Shown: positions 1 to 9,665 of the stretch, in pieces
How the letters are laid out: each line of letters begins with the position of its first letter
Numbering within the stretch: the first letter of the stretch is position 1
Sequence record: NZ_CP023526.1
DNA length: 64,000 nt
Direction: 5' to 3' (one strand)
Source: a plasmid
Program-made: the position numbers and the translations under genes
The notes under the pieces: generated by a model
Told to the model about the DNA's origin: nothing
What the model saw: only the letters and a program-made list of their open reading frames with translations
Database searches by the model: none

Positions 1-868
1 ATTTTCTTCGTGAACCAGGCCAGCGCGCTGCTGTCGAAGAAGACACCGTAGTAATTGGTGTGTCGCTCAACCACTCGCCTCAACCAGCAGCCTGTTTCGT
101 CCGGTTCAGCGCCTGCGGCTGAAACGGCGATAAGTGAAGCGGGCACAATAAGCGGGACAACTGCCGTAGTTACGCTTTGTGGTATAGAGATCCACGATAG
201 CTGTATGGGTCGAGTGCGAGCTGAGGCAGCAGAGCATATGACCCACTATCAGACCACAGAAAAAACCTCCGTTATTCACCACTACCGGGGCGGGATCCTG
301 GAAGATGACAGGCTGTTGCGTCGGAGATTGCCCCTGATACTGGGGCTTAACCGCAGGCAACCGCATCGCGGCAGTTTGGGTACCATCGCCACACGCACGC
401 AAAGTAGCAGGCAGGCAACAACCCCGCCCGCGATCGACAAGTATTTTTTGTTTATTGGGTTTACCGGCTTACAGAGACAGAAGAGGCCCACCAAAGTGAG
501 CCTTTAGATTTTGACAAGTCAGGTTGTCGCAGTGCCGGGTGCCTCCCGGTGAGCCTTAGGCTGGTCAGGCCGAACTCGCGCAGCTTATGCTCTGGACATT
601 ATTCACTTCCAACCAATTACGCCCCGCCGCACAGGGGGATCCACTGCGACAAAACAACCCTACTATCGACAGTAAAATATCGGCAAGGCTTAAACAGAAA
701 ATTCGTGTTCACTGTCAAAAAAAGCCCTCAGAGATGAAACTGCGGGCACAAGTCGAAACATTGATACAGGAAAGCACGCCCCCGACACGCAACTGTACAG
801 GGCACTTTTAATTATGGATGCGTACTGATAATTACCAGTGGCTATGTTAATTAATTGTTATTTGCACA

Positions 869-950
869 ACGCATTCGGCTGAGCACTAGCCCCCACGCTT
901 AGAACTTGCCCGCACAAAGTGTTTTGGGGTAGTGCTCATGCGTATGCATT
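869..950. repeat. ~80-bp palindromic MITE/REP-like element, copy 1 (divergent interior; inserted in the left arm only)
   Basis: Ends cattcggctgagcact...agtgctcatgcgtatgcat form an imperfect hairpin. The matching position in the right arm lacks the element. Confidence 0.6.
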
Positions 951-1317
951 CTTTATTATTTAAGGTTTTTCATCCAGGGCAAGAAATGGCAGGTCTGCAC
1001 GGAATTCAATCAATATACTATCGTACATCATCACCCCGGTCAGAAATGAAAGAATAAGTATCAAAGTAATCAACCATTTACGCAATTGATTTTCTCAATT
1101 ATTTGCCTCATCGTAATAGTGTGTATCACGGAAAGCAATTACCTGTGAATAGAGGTAATAATATATTATGCAGCCACCAACAAAGCATCCGGCGATCACT
1201 GCAATCATCAGCATTTTTTTCAAAGACATCACAACGCTCGCATTTGTTCCATAAAGTAACAGCGTAGGCGATTCTATATAAACGTATTATCAATCTGAAT
1301 TAGAGAATAACTGATAA

Positions 1318-1396
1318 GCATTCGGCTGAGCACTGCTACCTGGCGACAGGTCTGATACGGAGATACCAGTTAACCACTCAGTGCTCATGCGAATGC
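1318..1396. repeat. ~80-bp palindromic MITE/REP-like element, copy 2
   Basis: gcattcggctgagcactg...cagtgctcatgcgaatgc. The interior is near-identical, in inverted orientation, to copy 3. Confidence 0.65.
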
Positions 1397-1619
1397 TTTA
1401 AAAAATGCCCGGCCATTTCAGGACCGGGTAGCAAAGGTGTTTTGTTTACTCGTGCTATTTTTATATGCCATTCGGTCACTTCACTGACCTGATAGCTGTT
1501 ATCTGATGCCCAGGAAAGCTGCGGGTCTGATCCCCTGCCGTCAACGGTATCGCTTTTTAAAGTCCCGCTCGTCCGGACTATCGCACTGGTGGCTGCCCCT
1601 AATAATAACAGGTCTACAC

Positions 1620-1685
1620 TCGCCTGCCGCACTGGGCTAGCGTTGAACCAGTTGCTTTACCTACTGAGCTAAGCCGGCTTTGTTT
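1620..1685 (-). pseudogene. Decayed tRNA-Arg copy with the anticodon arm deleted (mirror copy of the tRNA-Arg at 9666-9742)
   Basis: Reverse complement GCTTAGCTCAGTAGGTAAAGC...CTGGTTCAACGCTAGCCCAGTGC aligns to the D-arm, T-arm and acceptor stem of the intact tRNA-Arg. About 23 nt spanning the anticodon stem-loop is missing. Confidence 0.5.
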
Positions 1686-1758
1686 GGACCGCCACCGGGG
1701 CCTCGAACCTCGTACTACAACACCATGGTTGTCGCTCTTCCTGATGAGCTAGTGGCGG
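1686..1758 (-). pseudogene. tRNA-like sequence with a 6-nt anticodon loop (probable tRNA pseudogene)
   Basis: The 7-bp acceptor stem (CCGCCAC/GTGGCGG), D-arm GCTC/GAGC, T-loop TTCGAGG and a 3' CCA can be drawn. The anticodon arm ACAAC-CATGGT-GTTGT has a non-canonical loop. Confidence 0.4.
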
Positions 1759-1759
1759 T

Positions 1760-1834
1760 TGGTGGTCCTTGTTGGATTTGAACCAACGACGAGCGATTAT
1801 GAGTCGCGCGCTCCAACCGCTGAGCTAAAGGACC
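1760..1834 (-). tRNA. tRNA with anticodon CAU (tRNA-Ile2 lysidine-type, ileX-like, or tRNA-Met)
   Basis: Reverse complement GGTCCTTTAGCTCAGCGGTTGGAGCGCGCGACTCATAATCGCTCGTCGTTGGTTCAAATCCAACAAGGACCACCA folds as a cloverleaf. The anticodon loop is CTCATAA. It resembles E. coli ileX. Confidence 0.8.
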
Positions 1835-2315
1835 GAGTCACGAATCTTAGGGCAATTATTTACCCATGTAAACTATGCTGATATTTCCGAATATTACGAA
1901 GTAATTGAGAAGCAAACCACCACAAAAACGCCTCACTTCATGGTTAATGAATGCAGAGGTGCTCTGCACAGAGTGCACTACTACAGATTTTACAGATAAT
2001 AAAAATCTCACCATTGATAGCAGAATTTCGATTTTTAAGTTATGTATTGTAGCAACCGCACTTAGCAGTGTTAAATTGGGTTTGGTAATTAACCCCCCCT
2101 TTCAGTTTAGGCGGAAGGATATATACTCATCAACATTCCCTGCCCGTTTTGATGTTGATATCAAAGCCTTGAATAAATCCCTCAGCGGCCAGGAGGCAAA
2201 CAGAAACATGATTGTGTGATATGCCCACTTTCATTGCCATAGCGCGTAACGTCATATTTTCGATGTGGTGTCATTCCAGAAGCACACAGATATTCATCGT
2301 GCTTAATGAGAAAGA

Positions 2316-3257
2316 TCATGATTCCAAAACAGTGCGAATCTGTTGAGAAAGCGTATCCAGCAGAGCAAATCGCCGGCGGTATTCCGCCCGCTTTTTACTG
2401 GAAATGGTGCTGATATCCTTACATGCAGGAATCTGTGGCAGAATATAATATCCTTCCTGACAACAGACAGCACCTATGCTTTTCCAGAAAGCATCATAAT
2501 CGGCATGTACCATCGCTGACTGCTTTTTGTAACGAGCAAGGCTATAAACATGTGTATCACCTCCAACCGCCAGGATCTTTTCGATCTGCATACACTGTGC
2601 GAAATGACAAACAGCATCCAGTACCATGCGTTTGGGAAACACGCCAAAGCAGGCTTTGGTTGCATGCCGAATTACCTCATGCGGGGTAGTGCGGCAGCTT
2701 CCCTGCAAACCACCAATGAATAACGTCCTTTTCCCCTGATGTCGGCAAAGAGTGAAGGTAATTTTCGCCAGGATCCTGGCCTGATCGTCACGCATAACCA
2801 TTGTACAATCCCCCTCTTTATCAAGATTCACCTCACTCTTCAGGCTGACAGAGAAACGAATATTATCTTTCCCCTCAAGCTCGGCCAGAGGTAAACCATC
2901 GTGGGACAACCAGCTTGATATCTGCCTGCGGGTAAGCTGGCTATACATGGTATTGTAGTGAAACTGCACGGCACGAAGTTTCTGCTTGCGCGTAAATTTG
3001 AGTGTCAGATAAGCGCGATTGAGGCGTACAGGCAAACGTGGCTGCATGGCCAGAAGTCTGTACATATAGGGACCATGTATGATTACATCCAGTAGTTGCC
3101 ATGTGAACAACGGGGCCAGAATCCCTCGCCATAAGAACTTTAAACGATAATTACCCCGGTTCCACATTTCCCCAGGACGGTATTCACCCGTCACCAGACT
3201 TATAAAGAGATTCCAGACAGAAACAGGATATGCCCCACTCAACGCATGATCAGTCAT
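2316..3257 (-). CDS. Putative VirK/YbjX-like (DUF535) family protein
   Basis: ORF of about 313 aa starting at MTDHALSG. Motifs GNYRLKFLWRG and HGPYMYRLL are recalled from the DUF535/VirK family. The call rests on recalled similarity only. Confidence 0.4.
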   Translation of the reverse strand: MTDHALSGAYPVSVWNLFISLVTGEYRPGEMWNRGNYRLKFLWRGILAPLFTWQLLDVIIHGPYMYRLLAMQPRLPVRLNRAYLTLKFTRKQKLRAVQFHYNTMYSQLTRRQISSWLSHDGLPLAELEGKDNIRFSVSLKSEVNLDKEGDCTMVMRDDQARILAKITFTLCRHQGKRTLFIGGLQGSCRTTPHEVIRHATKACFGVFPKRMVLDAVCHFAQCMQIEKILAVGGDTHVYSLARYKKQSAMVHADYDAFWKSIGAVCCQEGYYILPQIPACKDISTISSKKRAEYRRRFALLDTLSQQIRTVLES

Positions 3258-3589
3258 GACTATCACCCACAGAAATAAGATATATGTTATTTGAACATAT
3301 AAAGTATTAACACTTCTTAAATCAGATAAGAAAATTAAAAAAATGGGCGCTGACATCAATGCAAGATATAAAAATAAATATTAATCAAGGTTAAGACCAA
3401 AAAAATAAGATAATTCTTTAGGTCTTCTCAAAAAGATAACAACGATAAGGCTCTGTCGGAAATATCCCAGAAAATAGAAGTGTGCCTTATTATGGATACA
3501 ATTAGGCTGTTAATGAATAAAGCTGCTTTCGGGCTGGGGTATCTCCTGCGTTTTCTATCAGTTTTTTAAGCATTCAGGACAACTCGATT

Positions 3590-3715
3590 CCCGAAAATGA
3601 CGCTTTCGTATCTTCGAATGATTTAAACCCGAGCCCCGACTTCGTGATGAGTTTAATCTCCCGATCGTCTTGTTCTACGAGGTTATTCAGGTATTTTATC
3701 CGCCTCACCCCAATC
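3590..3715 (-). pseudogene. IS6-family (IS26-like) transposase C-terminal fragment
   Basis: Minus-strand translation resembles the IS26 C-terminus (...EQDDREIK...LGFKSF...). Confidence 0.5.
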
Positions 3716-3729
3716 AACAAAGGCTAGAG

Positions 3730-3900
3730 CCCACAGGCAGGCATCCGGTTAACTCATATTTTCTTAATTATTTCAGCAGGTAATATCAGAAACACCTTTA
3801 CCTGACGAAGAGTGTTTAATAATGGAACAACGATAGTTCTTCAGCCAAAAAACAGCATGTCGCCAATTGGCAGGCCAGCGATCTTACCCGTCAGCAGGAC
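3730..3900 (+). pseudogene. Degenerate IS66-family end (IR-like gcatccggttaactcatattttcttaattatttcagc) with a decayed tnpA start
   Basis: About 75 % identical to the reverse complement of the intact IS66 right end plus tnpA start at 6940-7040. The tnpA reading frame is broken by a stop after MEQR. Confidence 0.5.
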
Positions 3901-4056
3901 TACAACTCAACGAGTTACATCAGGAACGTAAACATGCCATTGAGGGGATCTGCAACATGGTGGGATCTCCAAATCAACGTTATATAAAACTATCAGAAGT
4001 ACCGCTATGTCTATAGTGAGGATACCGGGTCAGCTCTGCGCTTTCTCTATGCCGTA

Positions 4057-4320
4057 ATGGCACCTAAACCTGATCCTGGGCACTCGCTACAGGGAAGATC
4101 TAAAATGCTTTCCCTCGACAACGGCCCGGCGGCCAAAAGCCAGGTTTTCCAGGACATCATGCTATCGCTGGGCGTGGACTGGTTGACTCATTTACCCGCA
4201 GGGAAAAATGGTGAACAGGTGACAGCTTGCCCGACAGGGAAGGTGGGGCATCCTTTTCGAATCGTCAAAGAAGCCCACGAAACGTTGTACCATTTCCACA
4301 AACAAGAAACCGAACAGTAG
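4057..4320 (+). pseudogene. DDE transposase/integrase catalytic-core fragment (rve-like)
   Basis: LSLDNGPAAKSQVF...LGV...KNGEQV resembles the DDE-core region of IS481/IS3-type integrases. The ORF is truncated at both ends. Confidence 0.4.
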
Positions 4321-4646
4321 GTCAATGAGTGGCTGTTACGCTATCTGCTTCACTACAATGACCAGCCACACCGTTCACAGTCTCACCCACGTCTGGAAGA
4401 CAGGCTGACCCGCTTCCCTCCGGGTAAGCATCCGGTGAACTCATATTGACAGATCCGATGGGAGCAGCCTCAGGTTTCCCCGGCAACCGTTCGTCAGGTG
4501 GTGAAGTACTGAGTGAGGTATTCCACGCGTGTGGCGCTGGAACTGAGTCAGGTAAACTATGGCGATGAAGCCTTGTGGGAAGCGGGCTTCCGCTATTTAC
4601 GGACTCAGGCGCGCAAGTCCTTAGTGCGGATATCACAAGCTTTCTG

Positions 4647-6221
4647 TCAGACTCCTTCGCGCACGAAGACGAACCCCGGCAGCGGCAGCAACGCGTCCAG
4701 GTCCTCTTCCGGCCAGCCCGGTAACCGTTGCAGAACGTTCGTCAGCCAGGCATGTGGATCAAGACCGTTCATCTTCGCTGTTTCCAGTAGACTCATGATT
4801 TTCGCGGCACGCTCACCCGCTGCAACCGAACCGGCAAAGAGCCAGCTGGAGCGTCCCATCACCACAGATCTGATGGCCCTCTCACAGCGATTATTGTCCA
4901 GGGGTAACGCACCATCCTCCAGGAAGCGACTGAGGGTCACCCGGCGTTTTAGTGCATACGCGATCGCTTTACCCAGCGCGGAGCTATCCGGGCACGCATC
5001 TTTCTGCTGCTCCAGCCAGTGCCACAACTTGTCCAGCACGGGGCGGGCATAACGCTGTCGCCATTGACGGATCTTTTCCACCGGCCGGTGTCGGACCTTC
5101 TTTTCCAGCCGGTATAACCCGGCGATCTGTCTGACCGCCATCGCGGCGCGAGGATCCTTGCTCGCCTTATAAAGGTCGGCAAAGTTTCTACGGGCATGTG
5201 CCCGGCAACCTGTTAGCGCGATCCCTCTGTTTTGCCCGGCCAGGGTTTCATAGGCCGGATATCCGTCGACCACAAGATTTCCGGCCCAGTCCTTCAGGTA
5301 TGCCGCCGGGTACACGCTACTCCTACCGGGCTGACTGTCGAAGCAGACGACAGCAGGGCCGCTTTTTTCACCGCTGACGTAAGCCCACAGGTAGCCGGCA
5401 CGGGCTTTGCCGCCCTTTTTCGTATCCAGGATTTGCAGGGGCGTTTCATCGGCATGCAGCACATCGCATGTCAGCAGCATCCAATGCAGTGATTCCGCCA
5501 GTGGCCTCAGCGCCCCCCCCGCACGGCCGATCATATCGGCCATCGTGCTGACGGGCAGATGGATATCCGAGCGGGCCAGCACCGACTGCTGGCGGTACAG
5601 GGGCATATGGTCGCAGTGCTTGCTGATCACCACCTGGGCAATGAGTGACGCCTCTGCCACACCTTTCGGGATAATGTTTGCAGGCATATCACCGCTGACC
5701 ACCCGCTGGCAGCAGATACAGCCATACTGCGGGCGAACGTACCGGTTAACCACGACGCGAGCCGGGATATATTCCAGTTTTTCGCTCACCTCATCGCGGA
5801 TGTGACGCAGTTCGCCCTGGCAGTCAGGGCAGCTTTCGGTTGAGGCCGGTTCGATAGTTTTTGTGACACGCGGGAGATGAGCCGGGAGCGGTTTTCGTGC
5901 CGGACGTTCCGGGGCTGATTGTTCTTCGGCAGGGAGCAGCGTGTCCAGTTGCGCTTCAACTGCGGCGATATCCGCATCCATATCCTCTTCGAACAGGGAG
6001 CGTTGCATACCGGCCAGTGTTTCGCCCTTTTTACCGAACCGTTGCTGGCGGGCCAGTTTCAGTGCTTCTTCCAGGAGCTGTATACGTTGCAGGAGGCTGG
6101 CATTTTTCAGGCAAAGCTTTTCATTTTCTTCATTCTCAGCCATCACTTTTTGCACCATGGCAAGTGCCAGAGTGCGAAGTTCCTCGATGTCACTGGTGGT
6201 GGTGAGAACAGAGATATCCAT
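4647..6221 (-). CDS. tnpC: IS66 TnpC transposase
   Basis: 525-aa ORF from MDISVLTTT. It has the zinc-ribbon cysteines (CPDCQG...CICC) and the DDE transposase region typical of IS66 TnpC. Confidence 0.85.
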   Translation of the reverse strand: MDISVLTTTSDIEELRTLALAMVQKVMAENEENEKLCLKNASLLQRIQLLEEALKLARQQRFGKKGETLAGMQRSLFEEDMDADIAAVEAQLDTLLPAEEQSAPERPARKPLPAHLPRVTKTIEPASTESCPDCQGELRHIRDEVSEKLEYIPARVVVNRYVRPQYGCICCQRVVSGDMPANIIPKGVAEASLIAQVVISKHCDHMPLYRQQSVLARSDIHLPVSTMADMIGRAGGALRPLAESLHWMLLTCDVLHADETPLQILDTKKGGKARAGYLWAYVSGEKSGPAVVCFDSQPGRSSVYPAAYLKDWAGNLVVDGYPAYETLAGQNRGIALTGCRAHARRNFADLYKASKDPRAAMAVRQIAGLYRLEKKVRHRPVEKIRQWRQRYARPVLDKLWHWLEQQKDACPDSSALGKAIAYALKRRVTLSRFLEDGALPLDNNRCERAIRSVVMGRSSWLFAGSVAAGERAAKIMSLLETAKMNGLDPHAWLTNVLQRLPGWPEEDLDALLPLPGFVFVREGV

Positions 6222-6263
6222 GCGGGTAATTATACCGCACATGGTACGGATAATCATTATTGT

Positions 6264-6644
6264 TCATAAGGTTATGTTGGTTTTTGGTGCAGATTCAGCT
6301 GCGTCCCGGGAGATCCACGTTGTGAGGTCGTGGCCTTTTACCTGTTGCCAGTCAACGCCGCTGACAAGCCAGCTGAACTCATCAGGTGTGAGGGACCAGG
6401 CGGCCTCATTTGCCCGGGGCCAGCGGAAGTGACCCTTGTGCAGGCGGCGAACGCACAGCCAGACGCCGTGCTTATCCCAGCGCAGCACCTTGATGCGCGA
6501 ACGGGCTTTATTGGTGAAGACGAAGGCAGCCCCTTCATGCCACGACGCATTGAGTTCATCCTGGACATACTGTGTCAGGGTGTCGATCCCCCGTCCCATA
6601 TCAACGGGTTTTACAGCGAGAAAGACATTCTCAGGCGTCAGCAT
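6264..6644 (-). CDS. tnpB: IS66 TnpB (orf2)
   Basis: IS66 orf2-like sequence (...VFTNKARSRIKVLRWDKHGVWLCVRRLHKGHFRWP...) starting at MLTPENV. Confidence 0.8.
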   Translation of the reverse strand: MLTPENVFLAVKPVDMGRGIDTLTQYVQDELNASWHEGAAFVFTNKARSRIKVLRWDKHGVWLCVRRLHKGHFRWPRANEAAWSLTPDEFSWLVSGVDWQQVKGHDLTTWISRDAAESAPKTNITL

Positions 6645-6960
6645 ATTTGAGAGCCCTGAAGACATCGGTGAGTTGCGAAGGATGGCAGCACATGCGTATC
6701 CCGCCGGGGAGAAAGAGGGTTACAGGCTCATTTACTCCAGGTGAAAAAGGTTCTGCAGGCGGCGTAGCTTCAGTGATATGTACGGGCAGCACAGCGGGTT
6801 TGCTGGCGCGTCGTTCAGCCCTGGCGACATCCTGAGGCCATTCACGAAAGGATGTGAAGGGAATATCGTTGAGTTCACAATACTGATGACGGGTAAGACC
6901 GCTGGCCCGCCAGCTGGCGACATGTTGTTTTTTCTGCTCAATGAACCATCGTTGTTTCAT
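6631..6960 (-). CDS. tnpA: IS66 TnpA (orf1)
   Basis: 109-aa ORF at the tnpA position of the IS66 element, with a 14-nt overlap onto tnpB. Confidence 0.8.
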   Translation of the reverse strand: MKQRWFIEQKKQHVASWRASGLTRHQYCELNDIPFTSFREWPQDVARAERRASKPAVLPVHITEATPPAEPFSPGVNEPVTLFLPGGIRMCCHPSQLTDVFRALKYADA

Positions 6961-7037
6961 CAGTAAACATCCTTCGTCAGTTAAAGATGCTGCTGATATT
7001 ACCCGCTGAAATAATTAAGAAAATATGAGTTCACCGG

Positions 7038-7226
7038 ATGCTTACGGTAGAGCAGGATCATCGGGGCATTAAGCGCATCACGAAATCCACGCTCGGATTT
7101 AAATCATTTGCATCTGCGGAAGCGACAATCGCGGGAGTTGAACTTCATCGGATGCTTAAAAAAGGACAGCTGGAAAACACAGGAGATACTCCAGCCTGGA
7201 AACAGTTCCTTTCGTTAGCAGCCTAA
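7038..7226 (+). pseudogene. IS6-family transposase C-terminal fragment
   Basis: MLTVEQDHRGIKRITKSTLGFKSFASAEATIAGVELHRMLKKGQL matches the IS26 Tnp C-terminus. Confidence 0.6.
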
Positions 7227-7307
7227 TCATGTCCAGAATGAGGCACATTCCGATTTTTTAGAATATTTTCGACAAAGCCTGTTACCATCCTTTAATTTAT
7301 AAAGCAT

Positions 7308-7811
7308 TTACAACGTGGGGGGCCAATTGCCAATCATTACATGAAGCCTTTCCATTTCTTGAGCTAAAAGATAGTTTTCAGCAGGATGCCGGGATAATCC
7401 AAAATCAATTAAGTTAAATTGTCGGAGAGATTCATCAAAAAGAATGTTTGTTGATTTAAGATCGCCGTGATAAATATTCATATTGTGAATATTCTGAACC
7501 GTTGTAATTAACTGATTTCTGTCTTGTAAGGATAGCGTTGATTTATCATAAAATTGTAAACTCTCACCTGGAATTTTCCTCATCGTCATCGTCGTTCTGT
7601 TGATCATTTCAGCAGAGTCATTGCCATGCACCATTCTAAATATTCTAACTTCATCTTCCACACCAAACATAGCACCTATTCCCCGAAGCTCCTTACGAAC
7701 ATATCCATTTCCGATATCATAAACAATCCCGCCAGCCCCGACACCTAATACATTCTCGCCCACACTGCTATTACTGCTATTACGACGAAAAACCTTATTC
7801 AGCAGCACCAT
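7308..7811 (-). CDS. Minimal protein-kinase-fold protein, OspG/NleH-like (candidate effector-type kinase)
   Basis: Glycine-rich loop GVGAGGIVY, lysine in YVRKEL, catalytic-loop-like YHGDLKSTNILF, and DFG motif IDFGLS in only 167 aa. The N-terminus abuts an IS6 fragment. Confidence 0.5.
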   Translation of the reverse strand: MVLLNKVFRRNSSNSSVGENVLGVGAGGIVYDIGNGYVRKELRGIGAMFGVEDEVRIFRMVHGNDSAEMINRTTMTMRKIPGESLQFYDKSTLSLQDRNQLITTVQNIHNMNIYHGDLKSTNILFDESLRQFNLIDFGLSRHPAENYLLAQEMERLHVMIGNWPPTL

Positions 7812-7820
7812 GCGGATGAC

Positions 7821-8078
7821 TCACCAGCGCAGGGTGGCATGGTCAACGATGATGCCCCGGTCTGCCATTATCTCTTCCAGATTGCGCAGGCTCAGGGAAT
7901 ATGCCAGGTACCAGCGGACACACTGTGCGAGGATATCAATGGGATAATGCAGCCGTTTAAAGACTTTTCTGATGAGTGACACACAGAGCTCATTATGAAT
8001 TTTCGCCATGATATTTTGGTCTGACTCCTTAATGCGACATAACCCCAGCGTCGTTCTGCTATGTTTGATTTTTTTCAA
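7821..8078 (-). pseudogene. IS6-family transposase N-terminal fragment
   Basis: ...YPIDILAQCVRWYLAYSLSLRNLEEIMADRGIIVDHATLRW matches the IS26 Tnp N-terminus. Confidence 0.6.
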
Positions 8079-8212
8079 TAAGCAATGAGTATTTTTACGA
8101 AAGATGAACGCTCGCTTTTGTTTGACATGTGATACGTTGAAATACTTGATGACGAGAAATATTCTTACGTCATTTAGGTATTATCTATAATGATTATTAA
8201 TTGAGGTGACTT

Positions 8213-8509
8213 ATGGAAAACTCCATTCAAATATTAGATGCTGCAATTTCAAAGCTCAGACTTATCCGAACCAGTGGTGAATGTTTTGACTGCGTGGTTA
8301 ATATCTCAGGTAAAAATGAGAAAACAGAAAAAATAGAAAGTCATTTTGCTTCAGCATTTAGTATTTCTTCACAGGGACAATCTGAATTATTCAATCTTCT
8401 TTACACTGCATCTCAGGAGGGGAAAAAACTTGACTCTGTTTTACTCAGAGCAGAAGTGAGTTCTCCGGATGTCTGGGAGCTGGATGAGTTCGTTATTAAG
8501 GGGAAATAA
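8213..8509 (+). CDS. Hypothetical protein (98 aa, AT-rich)
   Basis: Isolated ORF with an upstream AT-rich promoter-like region and low-GC codon usage. No recognisable motif. Confidence 0.35.
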   Translation: MENSIQILDAAISKLRLIRTSGECFDCVVNISGKNEKTEKIESHFASAFSISSQGQSELFNLLYTASQEGKKLDSVLLRAEVSSPDVWELDEFVIKGK

Positions 8510-8989
8510 GGGTCCTGTTGAGAGGGGGGTGCATGGATAGCCAAATCATTATCATCAAGGTCAGTCCATTCTGACATGCGTTAACAATGCCGCATAAACA
8601 CAACGTCAGAAAGCGTCACCGCATTCCCAAAGCAAAACGCCCCTTCACCAACCGGCCTCAATATGAAGCCGGTCTTAAACAGCGCCATAGCCTTACTCTC
8701 TGGATTACACCCGGGACTATTGCACAATGGAAGGCGCTGTCCGCACCTTGCCATTCAGGGCTGCCTGATGCTGCGTACCACCTTCCGGATAACCAGGAGA
8801 GCGATAAATCTGCACTCTGGAAGTCTGCCATTCCTGGCTCTGGCTGCAGGCTGCTCAAATAAGAGAGCAATATCGGGGGAAACGTTTTTGCTTCTGCGCG
8901 ATGGCCAGCCAGCGGGTGAAAAACAGATTTTCAGCCCAGGGCATGCCGGCCCCACCCTTCTGACGCGTCAGGTGAGAGAGCGCTGCGAT

Positions 8990-9420
8990 GGCGCTCTCCG
9001 GTGACTCTGCGTCCATGCGTCACTTCTCAAGGCCCCTCTCTTCCAGTTTCTGTGCAATTGTCATAAAAATGTCCTCATGCTGCGGTGGCCGGCGGGTCAG
9101 CACCTGCAGGAATACTTCAGGTCTGGCTGTATCCCCTGTCTGCAGCATCCAGTTCATCAGGGCGACCAGATGCTCTGTCAGCCCGGTATGCGGATCAAAA
9201 CCATTAATCTTCGCTGTGTTTCCAGCAGGCTTATGATTTTGGCTGCACGCTCACCCGCCACAATCCGACCTGCGAAGAGCCTGTTGGAGCGCCTGATAAC
9301 CGCAGATCTGATGACCCTCTCGCAGAGATTATTGCCCAGCGCTGAGCTGTCCGGGCACCCGTTTTTCTGCAACTTCAGTCATTGCCACAGCCTGCCCGGC
9401 ATAGGCCCCACATAACGCTG
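8990..9420 (-). pseudogene. IS66 TnpC C-terminal remnant
   Basis: Minus-strand ...DSSALGNNLCERVIRSAVIRRSNRLFAGRIVAGERAAKIISLLET aligns with the C-terminus of the intact TnpC at 4647-6221. Confidence 0.6.
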
Positions 9421-9665
9421 CCTTCACTGACGGATCTTTCCCACTGGCCAGTGTCAGATTTGAAAAAGCACAAAATTTTTAGATTTGCTTGTGGTCAGCT
9501 ACAGGGCGATACTCATCCACGGGCAGCAGGTACCGGGCCGTTTTAGTTTACATGCGGTGGCTAAAGCGGCTTAAAAGCGGTCATTGAATCAATCTTCCCT
9601 GGACTCCAATCCGATTGAAAGTGAATGCTCGGTATCTGCTGACCTGCACAGCAAACTGCTTCTGT

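Larger units (their letters stand above)
440..1690. repeat. Left arm of a diverged (~75-85 % identity) inverted segmental duplication; mirror image of 9660-10850
   Basis: Manual reverse-complement alignment shows the same block order in both arms (terminator-like hairpin, conserved blocks such as ccccgccgcacagggggat, aaattcgtgttc, gaaatggcaggtctgc, palindromic element, decayed tRNA-Arg). The arms are collinear. Confidence 0.75.
4424..7046 (-). mobile_element. IS66-family insertion sequence (tnpA-tnpB-tnpC) with terminal inverted repeats gtaagcatccggtgaactcat
   Basis: Inverted repeats at 4424-4446 and 7024-7046. Three co-oriented ORFs match IS66 orf1/orf2/orf3. No matching 8-bp target duplication is present. 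Confidence 0.85.

Noticed and set aside
55-811. ORFs 55-507, 106-402, 282-494, 549-737, 587-811 at the left edge.
   Set aside because: They have no motifs. The region belongs to the diverged inverted-duplication arm, and the frames are not conserved between the two arms.
1686-1758. Possible additional functional tRNA adjacent to the tRNA(CAU).
   Set aside because: The anticodon loop is 6 nt and position 33 is not U. It is treated as a pseudogene rather than a functional tRNA.
4513-6432. Several plus-strand ORFs (179, 132, 163 aa and others) inside the IS66 tnpC region.
   Set aside because: They are antisense to the intact TnpC gene and reflect its GC-rich sequence.
8587-9004. ORFs 8587-8862 and 8663-9004 as possible intact transposase genes.
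   Set aside because: They show only vague resemblance to transposase N-termini and overlap each other. The adjacent sequence is a clear TnpC fragment, so the region is treated as IS debris.
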